Position numbers and translations under genes: made by a program
Shown: one piece after another, positions 23,459 to 37,343 of the stretch
Layout of the letters: every line of letters begins with the position of its first letter
Numbering within the stretch: position 1 is the first letter of the stretch
The notes under the pieces: generated by a model
What the model saw: only the letters and a program-made list of their open reading frames with translations
Database searches by the model: none
What the model was told of the DNA's origin: nothing
DNA from: Podarcis muralis
Taxonomy: Eukaryota
Length of the DNA stretch: 64,000 nucleotides
Assembly: GCF_964188315.1 (NCBI RefSeq)
Contig: NC_135658.1
Span: 11,098,001 to 11,162,000, forward strand
Reading direction: 5' to 3'

Positions 23459-25607
23459 TTTATGTTGATCTAGTATGTGAACCACCCAGGTATAGGTATA
23501 GGTAAAGGTCCAGTTCAGTTGCAGATGACTCTAGGGTTGCGGCGCTCATCTCGCTTTAAGGGAGCCAGTGTTTGCCTGCAGACAGTTTTTCCGGGTCATG
23601 TGGCCAGCATGACTCAACCACTTCTGGCACAACGGAACCCTGAAACCAGAGCCGCGCATGGAAACGCCGTTTACCTTCCCGGCGCAGCAGTACCTATTTA
23701 TCAACTTGCACATTTTGGGTGTGCTTTTGAACTGCTAGGTTGGCAGGAGCTGGGACCGAGCAACAGGAGCTCACCCTGTTGTGGGGATTCAAACCGCTGA
23801 CCTTTTGATCAGCAAGCCCAAGAGGCTCAGTGTCTGGGTATAGGGTGGTACAATTGTACCTTGTTTTGCAACTGGGATCCGTTCCAGAGCCCTGGCCGCT
23901 AGCCGAAAAGGATGCAGGAAAAAGCACCGCGTCTGTGCACACACGGAGCGGTTTGTGCTTCTGTACATGCGCGAAGTGTGGTTTAGCGCTTCTGCACGTG
24001 CACGAGTGGCAAACCCAGAAGTAACCCATTCCGGTACTTCCGGGTTTGCCGTGGACGTTCGCCGGAACGGACACTTGATGAGGTGGACGTTTGTAAAGTA
24101 TTGCTGTATATAAATTCAATTAATAATAATAATAATTTGATGGGCGTTATTCCTGGCAGTGTATCGGGTTAAACGTGGGGTTGCAGGCTTTTACTATATG
24201 GATCTCACTGGTTTGGAACTGGAAGTGTTAAAGGGGTTTGCAGCATGTTTACTCTTCAATCCCACTGGACGTACTCCTAAATTGTGCATAGTGTCGCCGC
24301 CTTAATTTGTGTCATGCAAAACTTAATTCTTGCTTTGTATTCACGGTGAGGATTGATTGCAAGCTCATTACACAAAGGGCCGATAAATATAATAAACAAA
24401 TAAATAGTAATGTGAGCTCGAAACCCCATACAGTTTCATATGTGATAAATTATTGCTGTTACTGTTCTTCATTTTGCCAGAGCCGCTTGAATTCCACGCA
24501 AACCTAGGATCTGAAAATTGGTGCGAAACTTTGCACACCAGAAATATACAAAGTTGTCTCAGCCGTCTAGTGGGGAAGCACCCTGACAAGTTTATTGTCT
24601 GTCTGAATGAGCAAGTCAGAAAGTGATTGGAACTGACATCCCATGATTTGAAGACTTATCTTGCAGGTGTTTAGCTTGCTTTCTCTTTTAACCTCACTGG
24701 TTTCATTTCAGCCAGCTGTGGAGAATCTTTGGCTCTCCAGGTTTTCGCTGAACTACAACAAAGGTGACCAAGATGATAAAGTGTCTGGAAAAATAGAATG
24801 GGTGAAATTATAAGACGGTAGGTTTCAGTTGAATATTAGGAAATGCTTATTGACAGGGGTGGGGGGTGGGGGGAACCTGAAGCCCTCCAGTTGTTTCTGG
24901 AATAAAACCTCCATAATTTATCTTTGACTAAAGGGCCAATCTGCCTGAAGCAGATGGGAGTTGGAGTCCAACAATATCTCAAGGGCCACAGGTTCCCCAC
25001 CTGTGCCCTAGAGGCTTGAAAACCAATCATCGCTTTGTTTTTTTTGTACCCAGAGACTATTGCAGGCATAGGCAAACTCGGCCCTCCAGATGTTTTTTTT
25101 TTGGACTACAACTCCCATCATCCCTAGCTAACAGGACCAGTGGTCAGGCATGATGGGAATTGTAGTCCCCAAACATCGGGAAGGCCAAGTTTGTCTATGC
25201 CTGGACTATTGTATGCCCAGATAATATTTCTATTGTCTGATTCCACCCTTCATCCAAAGATCACAAGGCAGTTTACGGTATTCGGAATTAACTTCAGTTT
25301 TCTGGAGACTCCAAAGACAGACCCCATATGTACAATTTATTACAGTCATCTATCCTAGATGTCAGTTTAATGGAAAGGCATGTTGTTCAACATGATCACA
25401 ATGCCTCCTGCCCGGATGCATAGAAAACCACAATCTGTCTGTAAGGGGCTGACATGCCAGTCTGTGTGTCTGAAAAATGCTCTTTAACAAATTTGATCAC
25501 CCTTTTAGTCAATGAGGGCCATGCAACTTGGGGGTGGGTTGAGGACAGAGGTCACGCTCCATCTTCTACTTTTGTCATGCAACAACTACCTGTGGGATAT
25601 TGCGATC

Positions 25608-26126
25608 CGTCATAAACCAAGCCCAGACACACATGCGGAATTCTCAGAGGCGTGTTTCTAAAGTTAACAAGCAGATTTATTATAAACATCTGTTAAACCC
25701 AATATGCTTTTAGAGAGAGTCCCAAAGACCCTGTAACTCTGCAATAAGATGTCTTTACAGGATCTGTCATGGAGTTTGGCATTTATTGCAGAACTGAACG
25801 CCATTCGTCATAATCCCCCACAGAGCATCGAGTGTCAACGTCTAAGGACACCTTTCAAGTGTCACTTTGGCATCCCAATGAAGCAGATTTCAAAGTCGCC
25901 CTCTACCTGGCTCTGAATTCTTTCCAAGGTGAACTGAAATCTCAAAAGAGTTTTTACAGGACCAGTTTCTGTGCACAAAAAACTCAGGTGTTTTTACAGT
26001 GATTGCAACCAATTTCCTACAGACATCTTTGGTCCGTCCTGAGGCAAGCTCCCTCTATCCTGACTGCCCACTCTGCTGTTATACCATTGGCCAGGGAACC
26101 AAGATCACTGTTGGACTATGACTACA
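25608..26126 (-). mobile_element. Possible degraded solo LTR
   Basis: Minus strand starts TGTAGTCATAG, has CCAAT then TATAAC and a later AATAAA, and ends TTATGACG; no TSD found. Confidence 0.35.
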
Positions 26127-26282
26127 CCCCCTGGAAGTATGGCTGATAGCCAGGGATGATGGGAGTTGTAGTCCAACAACAAACATAGGGTACCATGCTA
26201 TTATTATTAAATGTTTTCATATATGCTGGAAGCCACCCAAGGTGGCTGGAGCAATCCAATAAGATGGATGGGGTACAAATAA

Positions 26283-26333
<51 letters not shown>

Positions 26334-26887
26334 TATTGGCTACCACTGCTGCATGCCTTCCTAGAGAGAGATGACCTGGCCATAGGCACCCGTGCCCTAG
26401 AAACACTCCTGCTTTTATTAATTGCTTTTGTGTATTTTAGTCGCTATGGCTTTAAAACAATCTGCTGCTCTGTTGCTTCTACTGCTTTCCATTATGCAAT
26501 ATATTTATTTTTTCGTTAAGCCCTCTGGAGACTCATGTAAAAGATGGGCAGTAAATCCCTAACAGCGCCCTCCTACGCACGTTTATTCGGAAGTTAAGCC
26601 CCTGCTGTGTTCAATGTGGGCTCACTCCCAGATAAGTGTGAGTGGGATTGCCGCCTCAAATGAATAAATAATAGAATTGCAGAGTTGGGAGGGACACCGA
26701 GGGTCATCTAGTCCAAACCCCTGCAATGCAGGAATGCAATCCACTCCAAATGAAGCACAGGGCTAGTGAGCTATGTTCTCTTTGGGGGTGAGGGTGTCAC
26801 AAGTTGTGCAGGCCTGATCTAAACCTAGGCCCCTTCGTGCTTATTTCTTTTTGCTCTGAGGAGAATCTGTGTTCGTCCGTGTCCAAC

Positions 26888-27452
26888 ACCCCTTCTCCAT
26901 CTGACTATTGCAATGCGCTCTATGTGGGGCTACCTTTGAAGGTGACCCGGAAACTACAACTAATCCAGAATGCAGCAGCTAGATTGATGACTGGACGCAG
27001 CCGCCAAGACCACGTAACACTGGTCCTGAAAGACCTACATTGGCTCCCAGTACGTTTCTGAGCACAATTCAAAGTGTTGGTGCTGACCTTGAAAGCCCTA
27101 AACAGCCTCAGCCCTGTATACCTGAAGGAGTGTCTCCACCCCCATCGTTCAGCCCAGACACTGAGGTCCAGCTCTGAGGGCCTTCTGGCAGTTCCCTCCC
27201 TGTGAGAAGTGAGGTTACAGGGAACCAGGCAGAGGGCTTTCTCGGTAGTGGCACCCACCCTGTGGAGCACCCTCCCATCAGATGTCAAGGAAATAAACAA
27301 CTACAGTATCTGACTTTTAGAAGACATCTGAAGGCAGCCCTGTTTAGGAAGTTTTTAATGTTTGATGTTTTATTGTGTTTTAAATATTTTGTTGGGAGCT
27401 GCCCAGAGTGGCTGGGGAAACCCATTCAGATGGGCAGGGTATAAGTAATAAA
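26888..27452 (+). mobile_element. L2 LINE 3' fragment
   Basis: DYCNALYVGLPLKVTRKLQLIQNAAARL...LKDLHWLPV. Confidence 0.88.
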
Positions 27453-27455
27453 TTA

Positions 27456-27673
27456 CAGTGGTACCTCAGGTTAAGTACTTAATTCGTTCCGGAGGTCTGT
27501 TCTTAACCTGAAACTGTTCTTAACCTGAAGCACCACTTTAGCTAATGGGGCCTCCTGCTGCCGCCGCCGCACGATTTCTGTTCTCATCCTGAAGCAAAGT
27601 TCTTAACTTGAGGTACTATTTCTGGGTTAGCGGAGTCTGTAACCTGAAGTGTATGTAACCCAAGGTACCACTG
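27456..27673. mobile_element. Tigger-like MITE
   Basis: Inverted termini, flanked by TA. Confidence 0.88.
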
Positions 27674-27912
27674 TATTATTATTATGAGTGCTGGGGTAAC
27701 CAGCTGCAAAATGCTCCCTTTGCTGGCTGGTTCTGGAAAGGCTGGAAGGAGATATCATGGCCCTAAGCCACGTAGCTTAGCCCTGAGCCATGTAGCTCTT
27801 AATCTCAAGGTTATGGGTTCGAGCCGCACGGTTGGGGGTTGAACTAAATGACCCACATAGTCCCTTCCAACTCTGCAATTCTATGATTCCATGATCTTGC
27901 ATTTGTCTAGTG

Positions 27913-28409
27913 CAGGGGTCTGCAACCCGCGGCTCCGGAGCCGCATGTGGCTCTTTTACACCTTTGCCGCGGCTCCGGGGCGGATACTAGCGAGGGGAGG
28001 AGGTGCATTGTGCGCCCCGACACTCCCCACTGTGGCGGGCGCTGTACTGGCTGTGACGTCGCATGGGGGCGGTGCGTGTGTTAGTCACGCACCGTCCCGA
28101 TGTCACCTTCCCACCCACCCGCCTGCTACATTGTAAGGGGCATGTACACTGGTCACTGCATTGAAAGGGGGCATGTACGCTGGTCACTGTTTTGAAGGGG
28201 AGTGAAGAACACACACACACAAAAAGGTAACTTGTTAATTTAACGTTAATTCTATGAGGAGGAGTAATTCTGAGGGGTCAAACAAAGAAATAATAAAAAA
28301 GTGACAAAAAAGTTATTTTTATAATGACGAGTTTTGCGGCTCCCAGTTGTTTTTTTCTTCGGAAACGGGCCCAAGTGGCTCTTTTTGTCTTAAAGGTTGC
28401 AGACCCCTG
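27913..28409. mobile_element. hAT (Charlie-like) non-autonomous element, 497 bp
   Basis: TIR CAGGGGTCTGCAACC; perfect 8-bp TSD GTCTAGTG at 27905-27912 and 28410-28417. Confidence 0.92.
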
Positions 28410-29661
28410 GTCTAGTGCCTGTTAGCTGCACTCTCCACATAGATGCTAGGCAGTTTTCGATGCTTCCTTTCTCCTTAGGAACAAACAGGGTCATAGGAAG
28501 CTGGCGTTTTACCAAGACCATTTGTTTCCCTAGCGCGGTATCATCCACACATACCAGCAGTGGCACTTCAGTTGGGGATATTCCCAGTCGTATCTGCAGA
28601 TGCTGGGGACTGAACCTGGAATCTTCTGCATGCAGAACCTTCTACCTAGCAGCCAGCTAGCAGACAGATACCCCCCAATAGCCTAGTACCATGAAGCCAT
28701 GCTCCATTTTGTACCGCAGGGGGAAAACCCCCAAATATTCCAGAGGCTGCCTCTTCAGACCGTTTGAATCTTACAACTGGCCAATCACATTAAAGGAAAC
28801 AGCGACAGCATGGAGGCAAACTGCTGCACTTGGGAAACTTGGGCAATTTCCTATCTACGTACCAGAGACGTTATAATATGACCGAGGAGGGAATCAACTC
28901 CAATGGCTGTCATGCCCTGCTCGGGTCAGAAAGTCTCTCTCACCCCGAATCCTCCAGCTCTTGCACAAACACAGACATCCTTAACCGCCTTTAGCCGCTC
29001 GGCTGCCCTTCATAGTAAGTTAAGATTGCACAAGTCTCTTCCCAGTGGGAAAAAATGAGGCAGAGAGGTTAAAATGATGAGTCACCCGTCATTAAACAAA
29101 ATGTGGGATCTCTTCACAACTCCCAGTCTCTGTGTAAATAGTTCAATATTGCTATTTTGCCCTGTCATCCCCACAGATAAGGGACGGACAGCTTCATTCT
29201 GGCATTGTGCCGTTTGGGAAACAGATTTATCCATCAACATTCCCCTTCCCTCGCCCTTTCTGCCTCTTCCTCGCTGGGCACAATATAGCATCGAACATGC
29301 AAGGGGGGCAAACAAGGGCAGTACATAATGCCCCCGGTGCTGATGTCATTGCCGGTGCCCACAGGAAGAGACTCGTCCCTTCCCGATGATGCATCTTAGA
29401 AGAAAGGTAATTGGTTGACACGGAACCAGAGATCTTCCTCCGTCCCTGTTACCACCTGGCCCACAAACCAATCTGTCACACATCCCTAATCTGGAGTTTT
29501 GACATACACTGGTTAGTCTGTTAAGCAGAAAACTAGCTCCGTAATTCAGGTTATTAGCGCACGATTCGTGAAGCGGGCTCGAAGAGGTAAACCCGTATCC
29601 AGACACGAACCTCAGCGCATCGTTGCTATGTGTAGTGGAACGGGGGGTGAAGAGGCCCCGC

Positions 29662-30444
29662 CTACTTGTACCGTATTAGCCGGATAATTTTATTGTTCAT
29701 AAAATCCGAGGCGTGCGGGTGAGAGGAGTCGACGCAGAAGCCATCGCTCATGGCGATTTTCAGTACCTCCTCTACAAACACCTGGAAACTGTTGATCTGC
29801 TTCTTGGCCGGCAGGACCCACAACCTCTTTAAGTTCTGCCTGGTGTACTCCTCTTCCGGCAGCCCTTCCACGCTGGCAACCCAATCCAAGGTCACGTGGT
29901 AGGGATCCTGCAGGTAGCTGGAGATCGAGGACAGGTTGCCGTTGAAACAGTAGTAGAGCTTGGAGCCCAGAAGTTTGAGGAACAAACTGGAGGTGCTGAA
30001 GATGTGAGCGTTGAACACTTCCATGTTGGAAGAGGACAAGCTGTAGATCTGGGGAGCTTCCCGGACGGTGAAGTGAACCGTCTGAGTCCTCTGGTCCAAG
30101 CTGATGTTGAGCATGGCGTTCTTCTCCGCCCTAGAGAGCTCCACCTCCTTCTCCTGCAGGGCCTCAATCAGCGGCTGCACCTGGTAGAAATCTGCTTCTC
30201 GGCGGAGCAGGCCCATTTCTTGGAAGTCCTCTGGGAGGTCCAGGTGGGAGGTTCTCAGGAAGTTGAGGATGTAGCGGAAAACCTTGCCGTCCCGGTCGAT
30301 GAAGCAGTTGCCTTGGCTGTCCCTCTTGGTTGGCAGGTTCCCGCTGAACATGGCACCCAGCATGGAGTCTGGGAAGCTGGTCAAGGTGGACAGCGATGTT
30401 GTGTACAGCTTCCCACCAACGTTTAGTGTTATAGGCTCTGACAT
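29662..30444 (-). CDS. KCTD21: BTB/POZ domain protein KCTD21, complete single-exon CDS (260 aa)
   Basis: MSEPITLNVGGKLYTTSLSTLTSFPDSMLGAMFSG...FMNNKIIRLIRYK; the true ATG is at 30444 (the ORF track start is intronic); acceptor CAG at 30473-30475. Confidence 0.97.
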   Translation of the reverse strand: MSEPITLNVGGKLYTTSLSTLTSFPDSMLGAMFSGNLPTKRDSQGNCFIDRDGKVFRYILNFLRTSHLDLPEDFQEMGLLRREADFYQVQPLIEALQEKEVELSRAEKNAMLNISLDQRTQTVHFTVREAPQIYSLSSSNMEVFNAHIFSTSSLFLKLLGSKLYYCFNGNLSSISSYLQDPYHVTLDWVASVEGLPEEEYTRQNLKRLWVLPAKKQINSFQVFVEEVLKIAMSDGFCVDSSHPHASDFMNNKIIRLIRYK

Positions 30445-31218
30445 GGTGGGAGGAAGGACGTCCGGAGCAGATCTGGGATGGAAGGAATGAGCATCAGACA
30501 TTAGCACATGCATCGTTTAGGGGTGGGTTCTTTTTGGAGGGGGAGAAACTTGAGTGCATTAAAATTCTTCCATTTACCTCCCTCTTCAGGGGGAGCAGGA
30601 GAGGTGAAGGAACATGAGGAAGAGAAGGTGGTGTGGAAGCCCTTGACTCTCCACCAGAAAGGACCCATCCTTCTTGTCCTCCTGGACCTGCTCCTCACTC
30701 TCCAACCCTCCAGCTGATCCTGTCTGACTCTTGTCTCCTGGCTGTTATGGGCTCCCCCAGATCCCTTCTTCCTTCAGCTTCTAACCCCCTTTCTCCCAGT
30801 GCCCCACTCCTCAGTTTGCCTAGCCACCTCTCCTCAGTCTCCAGCCAGTCCCTGACAGTATCAGCAGGAAAGTCTTCTCCTGCAGAGCACAATAACTGGT
30901 TGGGTATCTAAGGAGTGAGATGATCTTTTGAGAGCCAGTGTGGTGTGGTGGTTAAGAGCAGTGGACTCGTAATCTGGTGAACCGGGTTCGCTTCCCTGCT
31001 CCTCCACATGCAGCTGCTGGGTGACCTTGGGCCAGTCACACTTCTCTGAAGTCTCTCAGCCTCACTCACCTCACAGAGTGTTCGTTGTGGGAGAGGAAGG
31101 GAAAGGAGAATGTTAGCCGCTTTGAGACTCCTTCGGGTAGTGATAAAGCGGGATATCAAATCCAAACTCTTCTTATTTTGGAAGCTGATTAGGGCTTTGC
31201 ACACCTATACTAGCACCT

Positions 31219-31753
31219 GTTGTCTTTGTCCATGGAGTTTGTCCAATGGCAAACCTAGACAGCATCTTTAAAAGCAGAGACATCACCTTGCCAACAAAGG
31301 TCCGTATAGTTAAAGCTTTGGTTTACCCAGTAGTGATGTATGGAAGTGAGAGCTGGACCATAAAGAAGGCTGATCGCCAAAGAATTGATGCTTTTGAATT
31401 CTGGTGCTGGAGGAGACTCTTGAGAGTCCCATGGACTGCAAGAAGATCACATCTATCCATTCTGAAGGAAATCAGCCCTGAGCGCTCACTGGAAGGACAG
31501 ATCGTGAAGCTGAGGCTCCAATACTTTGGCCACCTCATGAGAAGAGAAGACTCCCTGGAAAAGACCCTGATGTTGGGAAAGATGGAGGGCACAAGGAGAA
31601 GGGGACGACAGAGGATGAGATGGTTGGACAGTGTTCTCGAAGCTACGAACATGAGTTTGACCAAACTGCAGGAGGCAGTGGAAGACAGGAGTGCCTGGCG
31701 TGCTCTGGTCCAGGGGGTCATGAAGAGTCGGACACGACTAAACAACAACAACA
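31219..31753 (+). mobile_element. BovB (RTE) LINE 3' fragment
   Basis: LDSIFKSRDITLPTKVRIVKALVYPVVMYGSESWTIKKA...; (CAA)n tail; TSD ACTAGCACCT. Confidence 0.92.
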
Positions 31754-33679
31754 ACTAGCACCTAGAAGGCTGTATTATAGAATCATAGAGTTGGGAATCT
31801 CAGCTAAAGCATCCAGGACAGATGCCCATCCAACCTCTGCTTAAAAACCTCCCAAGGAGGGAGACCGTTTCACTGTCAAACAACCTGAGGATCCACTTTC
31901 TAGGTGTTCGGTTCCCACATGCAAGATCGTAACTGCAGCTTTCAGCGTCGGCTTGCAAGCGAGAACAAAACTCCCACAGGTAGAACTTCTACGTCTCCAG
32001 AAAACAACACTTTTCAGCATAGCTACTTTGCCCGTTCAGATGCCACCAGGCTTCCAACTTCTGAGTAACACAGTGAAGAGGAAATCAACTGATGGTATGA
32101 ACCTGTGTGAATGAGTTCTTGGGTACAGGGAAATGGAGACCCGTAGTAACTGGTCATCAGCCTTGAATGCCAGTTTGCCTCAAAGTCAACGGCAATTTCC
32201 CCGTTGGAAATCTCAGGGTTGTAAATTCAAGAAGCTGCACTGAAGTCTACTACTAGGTCTTCTGCTGAGGCCAGATACCATCTGGAGACAAGGTACCTTT
32301 ACAATGTCTGCTAATTTATTAATCGGCACAAAGCCAGCGTAGTTAGAAAGTCACACTAGGACTTGGGAGACCTGGGTTCAAATCCTCACTCACAGGGTTA
32401 TTGTGAGGATGAAACAGAGGAATGTAAACCACGTATGCCGCCTTGAGCTCTTGTGGGGTATACATGTCAGGAAGAAAGGAAGAGAAACTTGCTAACAAAA
32501 CTCCCATCACCCCTTCCTGGCTGGGGCTGATGGGTGTTGGAGTACAATGACAATCTGAGGACCCTACTTAGGGGCCTTGGTTCTCAAACACCTTGGTTCT
32601 CAAACGCCAAAAACCAGGAAGTAAGTGTTCTGGTTTTCTAACGTTTTCCGAAAGCCGAACGTCCGGTGTGGCTGTCGGCTATTGTTTCAGAGGCGGTTGC
32701 ACCAATCAGAAGCTGCGCCTTAGTTTTTAAACATTTTGGAAGTCAAACAAAGTTCCGAAACAGATTAAGTTTGGTGCTTTTATTTTTGCTACGTATTTTG
32801 TGTTTTTGTTTTTGAGGCTTTTTTGGTTAATGTGTTTTTGTGACTGTGTGGAATCCAGTTCAGCTACTGATTGATTGATTGTGCGACTGCGGAAATGAGT
32901 AAAAGCCCCCTATCCAAACAATGATTATCATCAGTGCAGGTAAGAATTTTATTTTTTTTAATCATCTACAAAACTGGCTTATTTATTTTATAGTACAGCA
33001 CATTGATTATTGCTTTCATTTTATGGATCAATGATCTCATTAGTAAAATTCATGTTGAATGGCTGTTTTAGGGGTTTTTTAAAAAAAAGTCTGGAACGGA
33101 TTAATCCGTTTTGCATTACTTTCTATGGGAAAGCATGCCTTGGTTTTGGAACGCTTTGGTTCCAAATCCGGAACGGATTAAGTTTGTGAACCAAGGTATC
33201 ACTGTACCAGGTTACGGAAAGGTGTGTTAGGAGTCAGAACTTTCAGACCCTCTTCAATCCATTATGACACGGCGTGCTGAAGCCTTGCATGTTATGGAAG
33301 AGAAGAATAACAGTTGGCTGCATGAATGGGCCTTTCCCCACGACTCTTTATTCACTGCATCAGGTGAGATCTGAGGCTGGGAAGACCATTTCACCGACCC
33401 ATCCGTGAGGTAAGACCACTTGGGCAAAGAGTGATCTTGGAGGGAGTAAGCCAATTAGGGTGTCAAGGCAGACACGAGGGATAAGAAATGCAAGAATTGT
33501 TTTGCTGGATGAGCACAAGGTTTCCATCTGCATTCTAAGGCTGGATCTAGACACATTACAAAAAAACGTTTTGGGAAAACACGTTGGAAAGCTCATAATG
33601 GGAAATCACATTAGCGAAGGATTGAACTCTATAGCGCCATCTGGTGTCATGGTGTTATAACACATTTAAAACTAATGTA

Positions 33680-34030
33680 AAAGGTAAAGGGACCCCTGAC
33701 CATTAGGTCCAGTCGTGGCCGACTCTGGGGTTGCGGTGCTCATCTCGCTTTACTGGCCGAGGGAGCCGGCATACAGCTTCCGGGTCATGTGGCCAGCATG
33801 ACTATGCCGCTTCTGGCGAACCAGAGCAGCGCACAGAAACGCCGTTTACCCTCCTGCCGGAGCGGTACCTATTTATCTACTTGCACTTTGATGTGCTTTC
33901 GAACTGCTAGGTTGGCAGGAGCAGGGACCGAGCAACGTGAGCTCACTCCGTCACAGGGATTCGAACCACCGACCTTCTGATCAGCAAGCCCTAGGTTCTG
34001 TGGTTTAACCCACAGCGCCACCCGTGTCCC
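33680..34030 (-). mobile_element. Sauria SINE, full length
   Basis: TSD AAAACTAATGTA. Confidence 0.9.
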
Positions 34031-34522
34031 AAAAACTAATGTAGCTGTGTCCTAAGTCCAATAGTGGTCAGCCATATATTCCTAAGAAGGTAGTCTAATT
34101 CTCACAGTGACCAAACAGATAGATGCCTCTTATGGGAAGTCGGGAAGTCGGGTCTGATTTTTGCTTTGTTTATGCTTTTATTGTTAAATTGCTTCTAAAT
34201 GTTTTAGAGGAAGCGATTAATAAATGAACAAATAACAAATAAATAAAACAATGTGGAAAATGTGTATACTGCTCAAAGGAAAGTATCTAAGTGGCGAGGA
34301 AGGGCATGTAAAAATATGTAGGACCGATCATCAAAGAAAATTAGAAATCATAATAACAAAAACCCTTCGTTGTACGTTGTATCAGCCGTAAACTGATAAA
34401 CAACAATTCAGCTGGAGATGACCTGAGTTGTTGTTGTTAAGCCTCTGAAGCGCAAAATAATAGGTGCCCATTGCCAAGGGGACAAAATGCCATTATGCTG
34501 GTGCATAATTAAGAGGCATATA

Positions 34523-34764
34523 CAGTGGAACCTTAGTTCCTGAACGGCTTAGTTGCCAAACAAATCAGCTCCAGAACGCCGCAAACCAGAAAATAAGTGT
34601 TCTGGTTTGTGAACGCTTTTCGGAAGCCAAACATCTGACGCGGCTTCTGCTTGAGTGCAGGAAGCTCCTGCAGCCAATCAGAAGCCGCGCCTTGGTTTTC
34701 AAACAGTTTCGAGAGTCGGACGGACTCCCGGAATGGATTAAGTTCAAGAACTATGGTACCACTG
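34523..34764. mobile_element. Tigger-like MITE
   Basis: TA|CAGTGGAACCTTAG...CTATGGTACCACTG|TA. Confidence 0.78.
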
Positions 34765-34900
34765 TAATAATAATAATACCCCACCCATCTGGCTGGGTTT
34801 CCCAGCCACTCTGGGCAGCTTCCAGAAAATATAAAAACATAATAAAACGTCAAACGTTTAAAAACTTCACAATCTTCAGATGTCTTCTAAAAGTAAGGTA

Positions 34901-35503
34901 CACTGGTACCTCACAAGACGAATGCCTCGCAAGACGAAAAACTTGCAAGACGAAAGGGTTTTTGGTTTTTTGAGTTGCTTCGCAAGATGAATTTCCCTAT
35001 GGGCTTGCTTCGCAAGACGAAAACGTCTTGCAAGTTTGTTTCCTTTTTCTTAAAACCGTTAATACAGTTGCGACTTGACTTCGAGGAGTAACTCATAGCA
35101 CGCGGTGTGGTAGCCGTTTTTGAGGTTTTTGAAGACTTTGGTGATTTTTGAAGCTTTTCCAAAACTTTTCCAAAACTGTGCTTCGCAATACGAAAAATTC
35201 GCAAGACGAAAAAACTCGCAGAACGAATTAATTTCGTCTTGCAAGGCACCACTGTACAGTGGATGCTTGGGTTGTGAATGTGATCTGTACGAGAGGCACG
35301 TTCGCAACCCACAGCATTTGCAATCCGCAGCGCCGCGTCTGCACACGTGCAGATTGCAATTCCGCACTTCTGTGCACGCGCACTTCTGCACATGTGCAAC
35401 CGTTGAAACCCAGAAGTAACCTGTTTCAGTACTTCTGGGTTTTGGCGCGCCTGTAACCTGACAAAACGCAAGCTGAAGCATCTGTAACCCGAGGTATGAC
35501 TGC
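34901..35503. mobile_element. Two different Tigger-like MITEs in tandem (34901-35254 and 35257-35503) separated by one TA
   Basis: CACTGGTACCTC...GGCACCACTG|TA|CAGTGGATGCTTGGG...CCCGAGGTATGACTG. Confidence 0.75.
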
Positions 35504-37343
35504 AGTTGTTTATCTCCTTGGCATCTGGTGGGAGGGCGTTCCACAGGGCGGGCGCCACTACCGAGAAGGCCCTCTGCCTGGTTCCCTGTGGCTTCACCTC
35601 TCGCAGTGAGGGAACTGCCAGAAGGCCCTCGGAGCTGGACCTCAGTGTCTGGGCTGAGCAATGGGGGTGGAGACGCTCCTTCAGGTATACTGAAGTTTAA
35701 CCATCCCTGACTTGAGGCCTACATAATACCTGGAGGATAACTGAATCGCAGGTAGGAAACTGGCCCCCTTGGGTGAAGAATGTTGGTGCGCATATGAGTC
35801 AAAGGTCGCTGGTGAAGGACCTTTGAGTCCTATGTGGATATTTGCTTCCTTGACCTGCTCTGCGCTTGTGGTCCGACCCGACAGCCCAGCTTTGAAACAA
35901 GTGGCTGTGCCGATGAACTTTTGCTCCTGCGCAAATTCCACCCCCTTTGTTTTTAAAATAACTATCTGCAAAGCAGGGGCTTAACTGACCTTGAAAAAAT
36001 GTCAAACAACTGGTCAGAGCCGTTCTGTATTTAACCTGAAGCAAGGATACACCTCTGTGTGCAGTGATGGCTAACTTGGGGGGACGATTTTGTGCTTGTC
36101 TACATAGGAAAGGCTATGAAAGAGCCATAGCTCAGTGCAAAGGAATGAGACTTTTATGCATATAGTTATCTGAAGTTTAACATTTTAGTATGTTTTTATA
36201 TATGTTGGAAGCCACCCAGAGTGGCTGGGGCAACCAAGTCAGATGGGTGGAGTTTAGAAGAAGAAGAAATCCCTCCTTTAGGAGAGAAATGTTGGAGGGC
36301 AAGGGCGAATGGCTGGATACAGAAGACTCTTACTACAGTCGTCCCTTGGAAGTCGAACGGAATCCTTTCCGGAAGTCCTTTCAACTTCCATAACGTTCGG
36401 AAACGAAATCGCGGCTTCTGATTGGCTGCAGGAAGCTCCTGTAGCCAATCGGAAGCCGCATCAGACGTTTGGCTTCCAAAAACAGTTCGCAAACCAGAGC
36501 ACCCACTTCTGGGTTTGCAGCGTTTGGGAGCCAAAACATTTGAGAACTAACTGCTTGAAAAACAAGGTGCGACCGTATATTCTTATGTTCCGAAATCCCT
36601 GGAGTCATTGACAGTCAGTGCAGACCAGGTGAGTAACCTGTGGCACTCCAGATATTGCTGGACTGACTCTCAGCATCCCTGACACCACCACTGGCCATGG
36701 TGTCTGGCGCTGATGGGAGTTGTAGTTGCAGTTCAAGACATCTGGAGGATGTCAAATTGGCAAAAGCTTTGTTACGGAAGTGCCACCTGCAACAACAACC
36801 TGCAGACGTTGATGTAAGTTCCCTTGAGCCCTGGGGCGTACAAAAGAGTGTTAGACATGTAAATACATAAGCAACATTAAGGCCACCGTGGCCTCAACCA
36901 CACTTTAAAACCTACCCTTAAAAAAGATCTTCCTTCCAAAATATCTCCATGTTTATCTTTGGGGTTGTATCGTAAGGCAAGGCGCAGCTAATCAAGGTAT
37001 ATTTGCACATATCCTGTCTGATATTTTTGGCCCCATCTCCTTATACCTTTAATCCCTTAAAACCAGTCCTACCTTTAAAGATAAGATCATAGGTAAATCC
37101 AGGTTGGTGCTCTTAGATAAAAGGAACCAGCCGTGTATTAACAGATGATTTACCAATTCTGGCTTGCCGTCTGCCTTCAGCCACAAAAACTAAAAAACTG
37201 GTTCAGCCGTCAGGGTCTGCCCCCTGGCCCGATCCCAATCACGATTACTCAGAAGAAAGTTTCCGTGAATTCAGCCAAGCTTACTCTCAATTAAGTGCAG
37301 AGATCGTGGCAACCTTAATTTAATTTTACCTTGCCTCTAACAA

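Noticed and set aside
30445-30513. N-terminal extension of the KCTD21 ORF in the track
   Set aside because: Lies upstream of the Kozak ATG at 30444 and crosses the splice acceptor at 30473-30475
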